64,000 nt of DNA from Macrostomum hystrix (GCA_950097015.1 CATNEN010000005.1:1178001-1242000), one strand, 5' to 3'; positions 34,421 to 47,859 are shown, numbered from the stretch's first letter. Notes: a model not told the origin generated them from the letters alone. Made by a program: numbers and translations.

Positions 34421-37384
34421 TGGGAAATATTATAATTAAAGTTAGGTCATTTCATCAACCAACAATAGAAAATACAATGTTGATTTGAATTATAGTTGAT
34501 GATGTGTACAGTATACAGAAAACTAAGGGCAGACTGTAAGTGTTTGATAGTTCCAGGCAATCACAAAGCTAGGCCTATTTACAAAATTACTTTTTTAATT
34601 CATTGAAATTAAATTTATACTGTAAAAAGAAAAGTGATCTTTTTACTGTCATACAGTTAGTTGGTACACTTGTAGACAGACTGGGGAAATCGAATTATTT
34701 TAAGTAAGGCCTAATGAAGTAAATAACAAACAAAAACTAGGCTACTGATAAATAAGATAGTCAATTAGAAACTCAAATTTCAAACTTAAAAGTTCACGCA
34801 AAGCACAAAGACAGCAGTTAAACAACAATTGCAATTGCGAGCATCTTGATTCGACATGCACCTTGCCTTAAATAAAAAAGATGATTGAAATGTCTACAAG
34901 TCTTGGTCATTATGTTATCTACCCTCTTAGATGTTAGAACCTGGACACGGTCATTCAGAGGACAAAATGTATAGGCCTATAAGTCTAACAAAGTGTCTAG
35001 CAAATGGCCTAATGCATTCCTACACTAAAAAATATATACCATTATCTATAAATATTATAGGCCTTTAACTGCAGCTTTTTGCTTGCAATAGGGGGCCTAC
35101 TGTAACAATGTTATCCCACAGAACAAAACATGATTGGTCACTGATAAAATTCAATCATGGATAGACACAATTGGTAAGAAATCATGATAACTTAATGCTA
35201 TAAAAATCCCTAAACAAAAGACTAAATCTAAAATAGCTAGCTAAACTATTAGTATTATAGCTAGGCCTAGTGCCTGTGGAGATCTGGCTGTCTTGGGTAG
35301 GCCCTAAGAGAGAAAGGGCAAGGCACTATGACTGCCACAGCCTTCCCCACTTGGTTTGTTGCTATGTTTGAGGTGCCTGATCCAGGGGTCCAGACGCCTT
35401 GATGTTTGGTTGACTCCCACCTATTCCTGCGCTTGTGTGTCGAGTGCCAGCCCCAGGGCTATGCCATGCCCGATGCCCCTGCAGTTAGATAGATTGTTAA
35501 GCTATTAGGCCTACTTTATTAGTATTATTGTACAAATTTGTGTTAAAATAATACAATGACAAGACAAGTGTCAAGATATGCAACATAAACTTTTATTAAC
35601 TTTTCAGATTCAATATTGCAATACCACCAAAATCATTAGCTAGGCCTAATGTTGCATTACAATGATTCGACTTGACAACGTCAACACTATTTGGTATTAG
35701 TGTCATGTTGAAATGAAATTGAAGCCTAAAAACTGATACCATTTCTAGTTTGTGAAAAGTTACGAGCGAATATAAAAATAATTGCTTGAAACTTCTTAGC
35801 CAGGTAGCGAACACATTGTGACTTTTATCTATGCGTAACTGACAAATGTGTAATGCGAAGACTTGAATAATCGCGCTACGTTACTTGTAACGGTTTGACT
35901 TCCAAGAAAATGTTTCCTGAATACAACAATATTTACTACAATATTTTTAATTTTTGCAATGAGTTACCAAACATTTGCCCATCATATATCATAATTTATT
36001 TAAATAATTTTAATTATGCATTAACAGTATCCTTTTTCTTTAAAAGCGCAAATTCGGATTTTTCTTTTTCGAAAAGTACAGAAATTTTGCTTTTATGTAA
36101 TAAAACTAACTACTATTGTTCTACAAGGAACATTGTCTGATAACGTCGTCTTTTTTACCTTTATATAGCACAATCGTATTTTTATTCAAGAAGTTGAAGT
36201 CAGATTGTATCGGAATATATTACTCCGCTTTTGTCACCTGTCTTAGTGTTGTATACTGTTTTGTACTTGAATAAGATGCTTATTTCTTCCAGGAATAAGA
36301 CTTCCAGGCACATGCTTAATTACCAATCAATGTGCAGCCTAAAACATACTAGCAAGCCACCTACACCATTAACTTTTCTCTACACCTAGAGATCTAAAGA
36401 TCGATCTCTCTAGAGATCGTAACAAACCCAGAAACCCAAACACAAAATTGTATCAATAAATAGGCCTAGCCTAAAATCTTTTTGCTCTGGATTTGTTATT
36501 TTAATAGTGCTTGTAGATTTCTTTTATTACTATTTTTATTGTGCTTTTCAACTTAAGGGTTGAACTTAAGTTGTTTCAATATAACACTAAATCTAATTTG
36601 AGAAACCTAGAATCTCTTAATGAAGGATTTCAAAATTGTCAAAGATGAGAGAAAACTAACTTGCAGATGAGGTAAGGGAAAACTTAGTTGCAGAAAAGGG
36701 AAAAATAATATCCTCAATGCTTGAAGGAGGGCAAAACTTGCTAGGGCCTAGAACTTAGTTTTCTATTATCTGCAACTTTTTTGCTCAATTTAAAACTTAA
36801 AATCATGTTTCTTTGGTCTACTTTTCATCTCACTTTGTACCATTTTTTGTATGAAAAAATGTATCAAATCCATCAAATTTTGCCAAGGCCTTAAAATATT
36901 GTAATCTATTCCCTAGTCCTTTTTAGCAGTCCACTCTGTGTTGCTTTCCCTAAAGTTGGAATATTTTCTCAGTATGCTATTTTCAATCAGATCTTAATGT
37001 AATGCACCGTCTGCAGCTTTGATATATATTGCTTTACAATCATATTATTACATAATAGTCTAATTGCATATTTGCCATAATCTTATAGCAACTTCTTATA
37101 GCAACTTTGTGATAATCTTGTAATAGAAAGACCTCTGCCTTTTCCCCTTGAATTCTTCCACAGCCCATTGATGCATTGGAATCTGCTTCTGTTAGTTTAT
37201 CATCAACTCAAAACAAAGCAAAGGTATGCCTCAAGAATTTTCAGCAAGCTCACATCAAAGAACTTGCAGGTTCTTTCTGAAAACTGGATTGCTTTAAGTC
37301 TTGTTCACACTGCCATAAAATGATTAGGCTAAGATAGGCTAATGTTTGAACCATTTCTGAACACTTCTTTAAATATCACACAAA

Positions 37385-37653
37385 CATATATGCGCAACCT
37401 CCCAAATCTTAGCCGGCCATGCGATTTAGTTTTTGTTCTCATTTGCGACTTAGTTGGTTTCATTGCTCTAGTTACAACTTAGTTTGCTCTCATTTGCTCT
37501 CTTTTTCTCTTCCATTTTTCCTTTTGTTTACGCTTTCCTTTTTTGTCCCTTGGTCCCCCCTTTTGATTTTTTTGCACTTGGTTGATTGATTTTTGCGACT
37601 TACCTTGGCCCTCATTTCACCCGGCCAGTTTGGCCGGGTGTTGTGCATGTATG
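37385..37653. mobile_element. hAT-type MITE family H3, copy 3
   Basis: Same TIRs and body. 8-bp TSD CACACAAA. Confidence 0.92.
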
Positions 37654-38462
37654 CACACAAATGTTCATAAAAAGTGAGCCATTTTATGTGTGTTTGTCTT
37701 AAGCCTTTCTCTTGAGCTCACTAACAATCTTAAACTTAAGGTTTTCAATCAGTTCAAGTTGTGATTCACAATTAGGGCTTCTTTCAACTTTCCAAATATT
37801 TTTTCTATTAAAACCTTATCAAAAAATTTTGAATTTTTGTATCTACAATTCATAATATGCACTGTAAATCTTGGGCCTTCTGTGTATGTAATTTTTACAA
37901 TAAAAATGTTTATTAAATCCTATCAAGCTAATTTGCCAAACAATGTATGTCACATTTATTGTTTTAATACTAAGTTACAACTGGCTGAGATTTTGGAGGT
38001 TGCACATGTACAATAGCTACTGTACTGTACAATAGAAATATGCTACTACAGCTTTAATTTTGTAGAATTAGTTTCTAGCTAGTAGAAGAATTGGCAAGCC
38101 TAGTTTAGGTGATGCCCTATTTGTCCTTATTAATCATGGTTTTAAACATGTTTTGTTTATAGCCTGTTTTATAAACCAGCTTTAATATAAAATATGACCT
38201 GTAAAGCTTAACTTTTGCTAGTATCCACTGTAAGTGGCATGATTAGACTATTATTTTACTTAATTTTCTACTTTGACCTTTCCAGATCCCCAGTCTTCAA
38301 ACTGATCATTGGTCCAAAAACATTTGGCACTTATCCTTTGTCAGTGCAGTCTGTCCTTGGGTGTGCTAGTTTCTTCCTGCTCTACAAGTGGCCAAAATAA
38401 CATTTTAGTATTTCGTAAAATTTCTTCGCTTATCGCTGCGATATATTAACCAATATATAGCC

Positions 38463-39509
38463 ATGACAGACGATTACTATGCTGTGTTAGAACTGACTAA
38501 ATCAGCTACAGATGGCGACATTCGCAAAGCCTATCGCCGCATGGCACTTCGATGGCATCCGGACAAAAATCAGGACAATAAAGAGGAGGCGCATTTGAAA
38601 TTTAAAGAGATTAGCGAAGCCTACGAGGTCCTATCTGATCCTAACAAGCGCCAGATCTACGATGTCTATGGTAAAGCTGGGCTTGAGAACGACGCTGGAG
38701 TTGGCGCTACTGGCTCTAGGCATAGCCGACACCAGCAGGGCTTTCATCACGACTTTCATCACGACTTTCACAGTTTCGTATTCCGCGATCCGCAAGAAGT
38801 GTTTCGCGAATTCTTTGGCAATCGCGATCCATTTGCCGACTTTTTGTTCCTTGATCCTTTCGCTGCTTTTGGCAGACAGAGTCAATTCCAGCATCAGCAG
38901 CAGCAGCAACAGCAACAGCAGGTTGGAAATCTATTTCAAAGCAATTTCATCGGCTTCCCAACTATGCAAATGCATGATCCGTTTTTTTCATTCGGGCCAT
39001 TCGGTGGCCTAGCTGGCCACGCCTCGCCTTTTGCCGCTGTTGGCGGCGGCGGCGCCCAGTTTATGAGCTTTAGCTCCTCCGGCCTAGGCCCCAATACCCA
39101 ATTTAGATCGTCGTCAACATCCACTAGGGTGGTGAATGGCCGCCAAATTGTTACCAAAAAGGTAGTAGAGAATGGAGTTGAAACTGTCACAGTGATTGAG
39201 AACGGCCGGGTGGTCTCTAAGACCGTCAATGGTCAGGCGCAGTCTATCGAAGGTTCTTCGGCAGCTTCAATAGCTGCCGCAGGTGCAGCATCGTCTCAAG
39301 TTGGTCACATTGGCTACGGCGGCAGCGGCGGAGCACGCGGCAGCTCTGCCGGTGGTCCGAGAATCGCTTCCACACACGGAGCCACTGCGAGCAATCACAA
39401 CGGCAGTAGGCCAGGCAGTAGCGGCAGCGGTGGCGGGGTTACCAAACGATACGGACAGCAGCAGTCTTCTGAGCAGAAGCGGCCTAGGCGGCGCGATGAG
39501 CACAAATGA
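38463..39509 (+). CDS. DNAJB6: DNAJB6/MRJ-like class B J-domain co-chaperone, single coding exon, 348 aa
   Basis: J-domain with HPD ([26 protein letters not shown]), G/F-rich region, and the S/T-rich plus C-terminal beta domain ([32 protein letters not shown]) typical of DNAJB6/B2/B8. A low-complexity tail ends in basic KRPRRR. Confidence 0.88.
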   Translation: MTDDYYAVLELTKSATDGDIRKAYRRMALRWHPDKNQDNKEEAHLKFKEISEAYEVLSDPNKRQIYDVYGKAGLENDAGVGATGSRHSRHQQGFHHDFHHDFHSFVFRDPQEVFREFFGNRDPFADFLFLDPFAAFGRQSQFQHQQQQQQQQQVGNLFQSNFIGFPTMQMHDPFFSFGPFGGLAGHASPFAAVGGGGAQFMSFSSSGLGPNTQFRSSSTSTRVVNGRQIVTKKVVENGVETVTVIENGRVVSKTVNGQAQSIEGSSAASIAAAGAASSQVGHIGYGGSGGARGSSAGGPRIASTHGATASNHNGSRPGSSGSGGGVTKRYGQQQSSEQKRPRRRDEHK

Positions 39510-41397
39510 CGCAATTATTCATTCAGATTTTGTGCTTTTTGTGTTCTCTTATTTATATTACTTTGACAATGCTTGAAGCCTATTGTTTGATGTACTGACT
39601 GACTACTGTTGTGAAATCTTCCGTAAGAAACGGTAATTTTTGGGACTATTTTGTCTCCTATCTATATGTCTCTTTAAGCCAGTCAAGCTTGTCTGCAATT
39701 TACGCCCCCTATCCTGTCCATTTTCTCTTCGCGTCTTTGTCATAATCGGTGGAATGTGTAGAATTTGACAAAGCTAATTTACTTCTTAAAGTAGGTCAAG
39801 TATTAATTCTTTAGCATTCAGAATTTGTAATTGCACTCTCCACTGCTATAATATAAACAGATATTGACTAATGACAGTTTTATTTAATAACTCACTTTTT
39901 TGTTTATCCAGCCAGTGTATTAATACGCAAAATCTAATGAACTCGGCTACTTCTGTTTAATTGGATACTTCTCGCAATCAGATTCTGTCCAGACTTGTCG
40001 GTTTGAGTAGACTTTCATTGCTTGACTTTCAAATGTACACTAATCCACATGGTTTGAATCTAAATATAGACTTAATAGAAACTGGTGTTACTTTAATGTA
40101 TCCTTATCCCATCTGCAGGCACCAAAAACCATAGTTTATTAATTAGCAACTTTAGACTTTCACTGCTGAATCTCTCACAACATGAGCTTTACATGAAATA
40201 CATTGTTATATAATGATTAGTCTAGACCAGCCTAATTTATTTTAATTCGTCTGATCTTCGAATTATTAAAGTACACGTCGTTGACCCTTAACTTAAACAA
40301 TGAAACAAACCGTGAACACAACGTCCAATATAAATATCGTATTATAAGAAGTACGTAACTCGGCCCCATTCAGCACAACTTAGTGCATGTCAGTGACTTT
40401 TCTAGATGACTATATTGTTTGTTTTTTATTTTAGTTGGCGTCTTAGTTTTCTTGTCATAATTCAAAATTGCTTTTCTGTAACTAACTTTATCGAAACACT
40501 GAAACGAATTACAACTGTTTGTCGATAAAATTATTATTCTTTTTTTGCTTTGTAAACCAGCAACAATGCCAAGTGGCTACTATACTGTCGATCTGATTAG
40601 AAGTCTTATATATATTTAGATTGTTGCAATTATTGCGTTATGTAGTCTTCACTTTTGTTATTGGTATTTTTGTTGCATTGTGTTTGAACTAACAAACTAT
40701 ATCTATCTGATTTGTTTATTATTTTCTGTTGTTAATTTATTTACTCGCATGTGAAATGTCGCTGAAATTTCCTTTTTTTTCTATTTCCTATTTGTAGATT
40801 CTGATTTGAATTCTATCTCTAAATTTCAGCCTCCGGAATTTCTACAATGTATAAAGTACGAATTTACGAAAGTACGAACCTAGAATTTCAGGGCACATTG
40901 TAGAACTTAAAAGTAAGACAAACACTCTAACAGAAGCTGCTGAGAGTTTAAGATACCAATATTTTAACAACCGTTTAATATTAAATCGCTTTGCTTCGCT
41001 CGTGTTTTTTTAATGTCTCGCTTATTGGCCGCAAATTATTGTGGCTACCGATTTTGCTGTTCGCCTTCCCATTGCTAACTCTTTTCTGTTTTTTTATATA
41101 AGTAACAATTTAGTTTAGAGTAACAATAACATGTATATGGATGAAGTGAGGCACTGCAAACAATATATAATTATAAAAAACACTTAGTTTGCGCAGTAAA
41201 TTGTGCTATTGAAACGCATTGAAATAACTAAATAAATGAAAACATGCAGGCTGTTTAGTTTATCCTTGATGCCGGTCTCTTTTTAACTGGTTTCGGTGTT
41301 TCTGCTTTTCATTTTTGCATCGCCAATATTTTATATTCAATCCATTTATCAGCTACTGTTATTGTGTATTTGCATTTACAGCCGCAGAAACTAATAA

Positions 41398-44300
41398 ATG
41401 ATAAGCAATCAAGATAAAGTTCGTTGCATTGATCTGCCTCACGACATCGGCAATGGATCATCTGCAACTGTGAAGTATTGCATAAATTCTTCACCAGCTT
41501 CTGTCAGCCACAATGGGCACGATAAAAGTGACGTTGAACCTGGCAATCTGTGGAAACTAAGCGAAGAGGATGCGCCTGAATCGCCACAGTTTGGTACTTG
41601 GTGGCGCCCGTTGGAGTTCGTTGAAACACCTAAAGTTCTATTCTACGGTGAAGAAAGGCCTTTGTCTATTGTGCAGGCCAGGATTCTGCTCGCATTGCCG
41701 GTTAATAAGCGAGTGGATTTCTATCGGTCGACTAGTTTTATTGTAGCGGAGCGGTGCCAAGTGGGTGACACCGTGCTGGTGTCCGATCCGCAATTAAGAA
41801 ACAATCTTGGTGAGTTAATCGTATCCACTATTTTACATGATGTTTTCTGTATGCAAGCCAATACCAGTCTACCTGTTAATAAGATGATCGGACGTTCCAA
41901 AATCCAGTCTTCTGGTCACGCCCTCTGATCATTCAGTACTTCACTTCCCAGATCCTTATTATGGCCACTGCATCTTAAATATAGTGTGTTTTAGAATCTG
42001 TTATTTGATTCAACCTTTATTAAACGTAATAAAAGTTATAATTCCCACCCCTGCTGATGCTGGTACCCATTTCAAAGCCGATAATGTCCCGAAGCACTAG
42101 AAAACTAAGTGTTTGCTTTTATGCACTTAAGAAAGTTTTCCCCCGGGGTTGGGATTCTAACTCCCGGGCTCTTACAGAAGTCCCAAGCTCCAAACACTGG
42201 GCGACAAGGTCACTAACAGTCAAATTAAATCGAACTAGCAATTCTTCATCGTTTCTTTATTTGCTTATTAATTGCCTACACTGGCCGACTCTTCACTCTT
42301 AAACCGTTCAGTGCCCGACAATATGATCACCTGCGAGGTACGCTTCAAGGGCGTCCTGCCTGAGAGAACCGAACCCAACGACCGCAACGGCTTGTACTTT
42401 GGCCTCGTCAGCCGCGATCCATGCAATGAAGGACAGCCAAGACTGGTGTCTATGCTGCCGCAGTATCACACCATGAACCTGCTTCGAGTGACACCCGACG
42501 AAGAGCGCAGTCGCCGCATCATCCTGGCTGACGCTCGCTGGCTAGCTCCCGATGACAAGTGGCTGGCTCCGTTGTCGCTTACCGTTGGCGATCGAGTAGT
42601 GCTGAAACTTGAGGCCGATCAGAATGAGCACAGGCGTGGCATTGTGAGGTGGCTTGGCAGTCTGGATGCCAATCGACCCTGTATGGCTGGCGTAGAATTT
42701 GATCGCGAAATTCCTAACTCAAATTTCGGGCACGATAATCAACAGCTGTTTGCTGGCAAACCTGGATATTGTCGGATCGTTGAAGAGTCCAGTTTGGTAC
42801 GAGAAAAAGAGTTTGATGGTAGAATTCAACGTGAGTTACTCGCTATTAAATGGTTAATAAGATATAAATTGCTGCTTTGAGGGCAATGTAACAATTTTCT
42901 TGAATTTTTTATTTTGGCTCAGTTGCTTTGGCACGACTAAATTTCAATGTGGACTGATTGTAATTTCAGAGTGTCGCGCCAATGCCAGCACTCATCAGTC
43001 GCCAAGGCAGCAGCAGCAAGCCGCATTCGATGATCGCTCCCTTGAAGCTAAGGCTTTAATGGAGAGCCGTGGCATTCAGATTGGCTCGCAGGTCTATTTG
43101 TTGATGCTGGACAAAGTGGCCATGGTTATGTGGTTCGGCTTCATTCCTGGGGAGAATGAATTGGTTGTCGGAGTTGCAATCGACAATGATGACGTTGATT
43201 TCGATGGCGCCGGTACTGTGCCTGTGGATAAAGTGCTGGCTATTTATCCGGACGCACAGAAAGATCTTTTTTTCACCTACCATGGCCTTCTGCAACTGCC
43301 GAGAGACTCACACAAAGACCAGGCGTCCAACCAACCAATAGGTGCTCAAGCGTTGGCCAATCGGCAGCAATTCGATGAACTGGACTGTCCGACCATTGTG
43401 GGTCCCACTGTTCTCCCCATTCAACCTGACGATATTCCCAGTTTGGTTGGACGCAATCGTGGTATTCAAGGTCATCATAATTCTTGCTACCTGGACTCGA
43501 CCCTGTTCGCAATGTTTGCCACAGTCGACGCCTTTGATTGCGTTTTGGATCGGGGCGCCCTTGCGAAAGACTTGGATAGCTACGATGAGATTAGAAATTG
43601 CCTTCGTGAGGGGATTGTCAATTGTCTGCGCAGGTGTGTCTTCTGATAGTTATACCGTTTTTTAATGTTACTCTTCAAAGCTGAAAAGTTGCAAAAGTTA
43701 ATAATTACGCGTCATTAGTGAATCATTCATTCTACTAAACTTTATGATAGTTCGTCAATCATAAGGCCCTCAAAAATATCGTATCCACTCCTATATCTAC
43801 CTTGATCGGTACATTGTCATATCTGAAACTAGGCGGTTTGACCTATCTTAGCGGTGCAATCTAGAGTTATTGCTTCATTTGCAAGCCAATAACCTTCCCG
43901 GCGAAGCCCCCGTCAGATCTACCTGAGCTCATACGAGGTTGGCGTTCTCCTCGTTCCCATGGTTTTATGTCGTTTCATGACAATCTATCAAGGTTAATTA
44001 AGCTACCTGAGAATTGTTGCAGTTATATCTATAATAAGTTTGCCAACTGAACTGCGCAGAAGAGGAGCCATAGAGTAACGATAAGGAATATTCATTGCCG
44101 CTACTGCCACATAAATTATTTTATTCTTCCTTGTTCCATCGCTTACAGTAACAAATTTGTCAGCGCTGGTCAAGTGCTCAAACTCAGACGTCATCTGAAC
44201 GATCTAGATGTTATTCCTGGCATGATGAGTGAAGAAAAAGGTTTGTGTTTGTTAGTAGTCTTGAGAACATCATTGGCTGAGTGTTAGAGTAAACATCTCG

Positions 44301-47300
44301 ATCCGCACAAATTAGGCATACATCCATTCTCCCGTTCCCGCAGATCCCGAGGAGTTTATCAATCTGCTATTGGACCACGCGCTTCGTCACGAGCCTTTCA
44401 TTCAGCTCAGCACAGGCCAGAGCTGTCATGTGCTGCAGCTGTTCCTTGATAGGGCCGATCTTCCATTTGAACAGCAGCAGCAGCATAATGAGGTTTGTTT
44501 GTCCTATATAAAAATCTATGCATCGAGGCTATTGCGGTACAATGAGCCAACAATGACTACTTGCGTCGTCGTATGTCAGATGAGCGAAGAAGACTGATTA
44601 CTGCGAAACTGTTAAACAAAAATAAAAAACCGCTGGCAGTTTTTTTAACTATTCGGATGACTTTTTGAGCAAATCATGTCCCGATTGCCCCCTCACCACG
44701 GCCCTGGAGACACTCCGCGGACCCCTGACAACTCCGAAATCCTACGACGAGGGACACCCTGGGACCCCGTAGGGGTGTGGGTGTGGGGTGAAGCCCCCAG
44801 AAGAGGAATACCAAAAAAACGAATTTCCCTGCGGATCAACAGCCAGTGTTGCGCGGCGCCTGGGGTGTCCCTCGGATTGAATGGACTCACAATTTAACGT
44901 TGGTTCAATTACCGACTCTGAAGGAAGAATCTGTGTCCTTTAGCAAGACTCTTAACTCTGCATTGCTTCAGTTTCCTCTGCTTTTAAATAGTCAATCGCA
45001 TCAACTGTTGCAATTGGGTATGTGTGGTTTCCCAGTTCATCCCCTCCAGTCCATGGACTGAACAGCCGTACTACTCGCGATCAATAGTTGTCTTAGAGTA
45101 ATTGTAGAAATCAACGAGTCAGTCACGGATCCTATAGAACACGCTGTCGTCCTAATTTCTTTTTAACAAACAGAATTCAGCCAATGCATCGAGTCAGCAG
45201 CACGTTGCAGACACTGAGACTCTGCTGCACCTGTCACTAATCCAGAGCAACATTCAGCTAAGTGAGCCACCCAAGTGCCTCATTCTGCAAATGCCTCGCT
45301 CTGGCAAGTCTTACAAGATGTTCCACAGGATCCTTCCAGTGCTGCAATTGAACATCACCAATCTGATTCCCGGCACTGCTAGGGCGTGCGCAGTCTGTGG
45401 CTACCTGGCCACTATTGAGTGCCACCAGTGCTTCCTGAAACACGACTCTGGTCGCGACTATACCTACTGTGACCAGTGTTTTAAATCCTTCTCTGATCAC
45501 AAACGCAAAGGGCAGCAGGTAATGACCCACGATGCTATCAAGATTAAGTATCCAAATAAGGTTCTGGACGAGTACAATGGCGCTGAAAAGAAGATGGTCG
45601 AAAGCCAGACAATAATGGACCTTCTGGCTGTGGTGTGTATTCGCACCAGTCACTACGTGTGCTTCCTGAGAGCTCAGCCCGACGACTGGCTGTTCTTTGA
45701 CAGCATGGCCGACAGGGAGGGTGGTGAGTGGCATTCTGCTTTGACCACCCGCCCGGTTGATAGTCTACTTCTGCGCACTATCAGTACTCGGCTGTGGGGA
45801 CTTTTGTTTTCCCGCCTTTGTTTCTAACACAGCTGTCTTCATCTTACCTTTCTGCTCATCTTCCCGTTTTAACCGAACACCTTCCCTCCCTTTTAGCCTT
45901 CTTGTCTCCCTTCTTCCCCTCTCCACCTTCTTCCCCTCATCCCCTTCTGCCCCCTCATCCCCTTCTGCCCCTCTCCCCCTTCTTCCCCCTCATCCCCTTC
46001 TGCCCCCTCATTCCCTTCTTCCCCCTCATCCCCTTCTGCCCCCTCATCCCCTTCTTCCCCCTCATCCCCTTCTGCCCCCTCATCCCCTTCTTCCCCCTCA
46101 TCCCCTTCTGCCCCCTCATCCCCTTCTTCCCCCTCATCCCCTTCTGCCCCCTCATCCCCTTCTTCCCCCTCATCCCCTTCTGCCCCCTCATCCCCTTCTT
46201 CCCCCTCATCCCCTTCTGCCCCCTCATCCCCTTCTTCCCCCTCATCCCCTTCTGCCCCCTCATCCCCTTCTTCCCCTGTCTCTTCCACCCTCTCCCCTTT
46301 CTGCCCCTCATCCCCTTCTCCCCCTCATCCCCTTCTGCCCCCTCATCCCCTTCTGCCCCTCCCCCCTTCTTCCCCCTCATCCCCTTCTGCCCCCTCATCC
46401 CCTTCTTCCCCTGTCTCTTCCACCCTCTCCCCTTTCTGCCCCTCATCCCCTTCTCCCCCTCATCCCCTTCTGCCCCCTCATCCCCTTCTGCCCCTCCCCC
46501 CTTCTTCCCCTTCATCCCCTTCTTCCCCCTCATCCCCTTCTCCCCCCTCATCCCCTTCTTTCCCCTCATCCCCTTCTTCCCGTCTCTTCCACCCTCTCCC
46601 CTTTCTGCCCCTCTCCCCCTTTAGCCCCTCTCCCCTTCTTCCCCTGCCTCTTCCATCCTCTCCCCTTCTTCCCCTGTCTCTTCCACCCTATCCCCTTTCT
46701 GCCCCTCATCCCCTTCTCCCCCTCATCCCCTTCTGCCCCCTCATCCCCTTCTGCCCCTCCCCCCTTCTACCCCTTCATCCCCTTCTTCCCCCTCATCCCC
46801 TTCTCCCCCCTCATCCCCTTCTGCCCCTCCCCCCTTCTTCCCCTTCATCCCCTTCTTCCCCCTCATCCCCTTCTCCCCCCTCATCCCCTTCTTCCCCCTC
46901 ATCCCCTTCTTCCCCTGTCTCTTCCACCCTCTCCCCTTTCTGCCCCTCTCCCCCTTTAGCCCCTCTCCCCTTCTTCCCCTGCCTCTTCCACCCTCTCCCC
47001 TTCTGCCCCTGTCCTGAACCTGCCCCTTTCCCGCTTCTGCTCTCTGCCCTCCCTTATGCACCTCATATTTTCCTTCATTTTTCCAATCCCCATATTTTTG
47101 TGTATTGGTCTGTTGGCTATCGTAAATTTCGCCTTGAATTCTCAAACACATTCTACTTCCCTATATCAGGCTTCGACAATGGCTTCAACATTCCTGAGGT
47201 GACTCGGGTGCCGGGTCTCGAGGCCTGGCTCGATAGATTGAAGCTAAATACCAATCGAGGTTTTGTGCCGCCTGAACAGGTCAACAGGCTCCTGGAGGAC

Positions 47301-47351
47301 TGCTACCTGTGCTTCTACGGAAATCCTCGAGTTGTTGATTTAGGTGCCTGA
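41398..47351 (+). CDS. CYLD: CYLD, K63/linear deubiquitinase (CAP-Gly domains, USP domain, B-box), 7 exons, 855 aa
   Basis: Exons 41398-41809, 42312-42830, 42970-43633, 44149-44240, 44344-44492, 45174-45723 and 47170-47351. Phase-consistent, 2568 nt. Catalytic motifs GIQGHHNSCYLDSTLF, EEKDPEEF, LILQMPR, CIRTSHYVCF, WLFFDSMADREG, GFNIPEV. Confidence 0.94.
42130..42212 (-). mobile_element. Degenerate tRNA-like SINE head fragment in CYLD intron 1
   Basis: Minus strand TCGCCCAGTGTT (A-box-like) ... GAGTTAGAATCCC (B-box-like). It does not fold into a full cloverleaf. Confidence 0.4.
44898..45005 (+). mobile_element. SINE family B (CORE-like) copy 2, CYLD intron 5
   Basis: Degenerate B box GGTTCAATTAC, then TGTGTCCTTTAGCAAGACTCTTAACTCTGCATTGCTTCAGTTTCCTCTGCTTTTAAAT, homologous to 17660-17715. 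Confidence 0.65.
45925..47030. repeat. Polypyrimidine 18-bp minisatellite (CCCCTCATCCCCTTCTGC/TTC) with higher-order blocks, CYLD intron 6
   Basis: Tandem periodicity. The sense strand is almost purely C/T. Confidence 0.95.
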
Positions 47352-47859
47352 GCAAAATTTATAAGGATGCTATGAGAGACAAAAGATCATTAACTATATT
47401 TTTATATTTGCTTGTGATGCCTTTGTCAATGTTTTAGCCCTCGTTTAAGTGAAATCATTTAAGGTATTTTTTGGAAAAGAGCGATTTCAGTTTTTTATTA
47501 TCAGTTATGGCTGACCGAGTGTTCTAAATCTAAGCCAAGAACTCAGCGCCCCTTATCGAACTAATTTACGACCAGTAATTAGGTAATCACGTCGATTATG
47601 ATTAAACATTTATTTTCTTCAACTTTAAAATATTAAAAGTGTGTTTGTGTTTGTTTTTAACTAACCAAATTTTGTGTAGTTTTCTTTGTACGAGCTAAAA
47701 TGAACCTAAATTGGATCCATAGATTTCACCATGAGGCAGTTTTTGTACTAAAAAGTGGAAGTAAAAAACTATAATTAGTAAATAATACTCGTATTAGCTG
47801 GAAGGATTGTGGACAAGTTGGTGATAATAGACCCATGACACACACACTCACACATGTCT

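Noticed and set aside
38631-39576. Antisense and alternative-frame ORFs over DNAJB6 (likewise over NBAS and CYLD exons)
   Set aside because: Shadow ORFs of GC-rich coding sequence.
43850-43960. Possible HDV-like ribozyme (resembles CPEB3/RTE-type words)
   Set aside because: I could not assign P1, P2 and P3 with a J4/2 catalytic C on either strand; only a simple hairpin is supported.
45757-47151. Collagen-like or Pro-rich ORFs
   Set aside because: They come from an 18-bp pyrimidine array inside CYLD intron 6.
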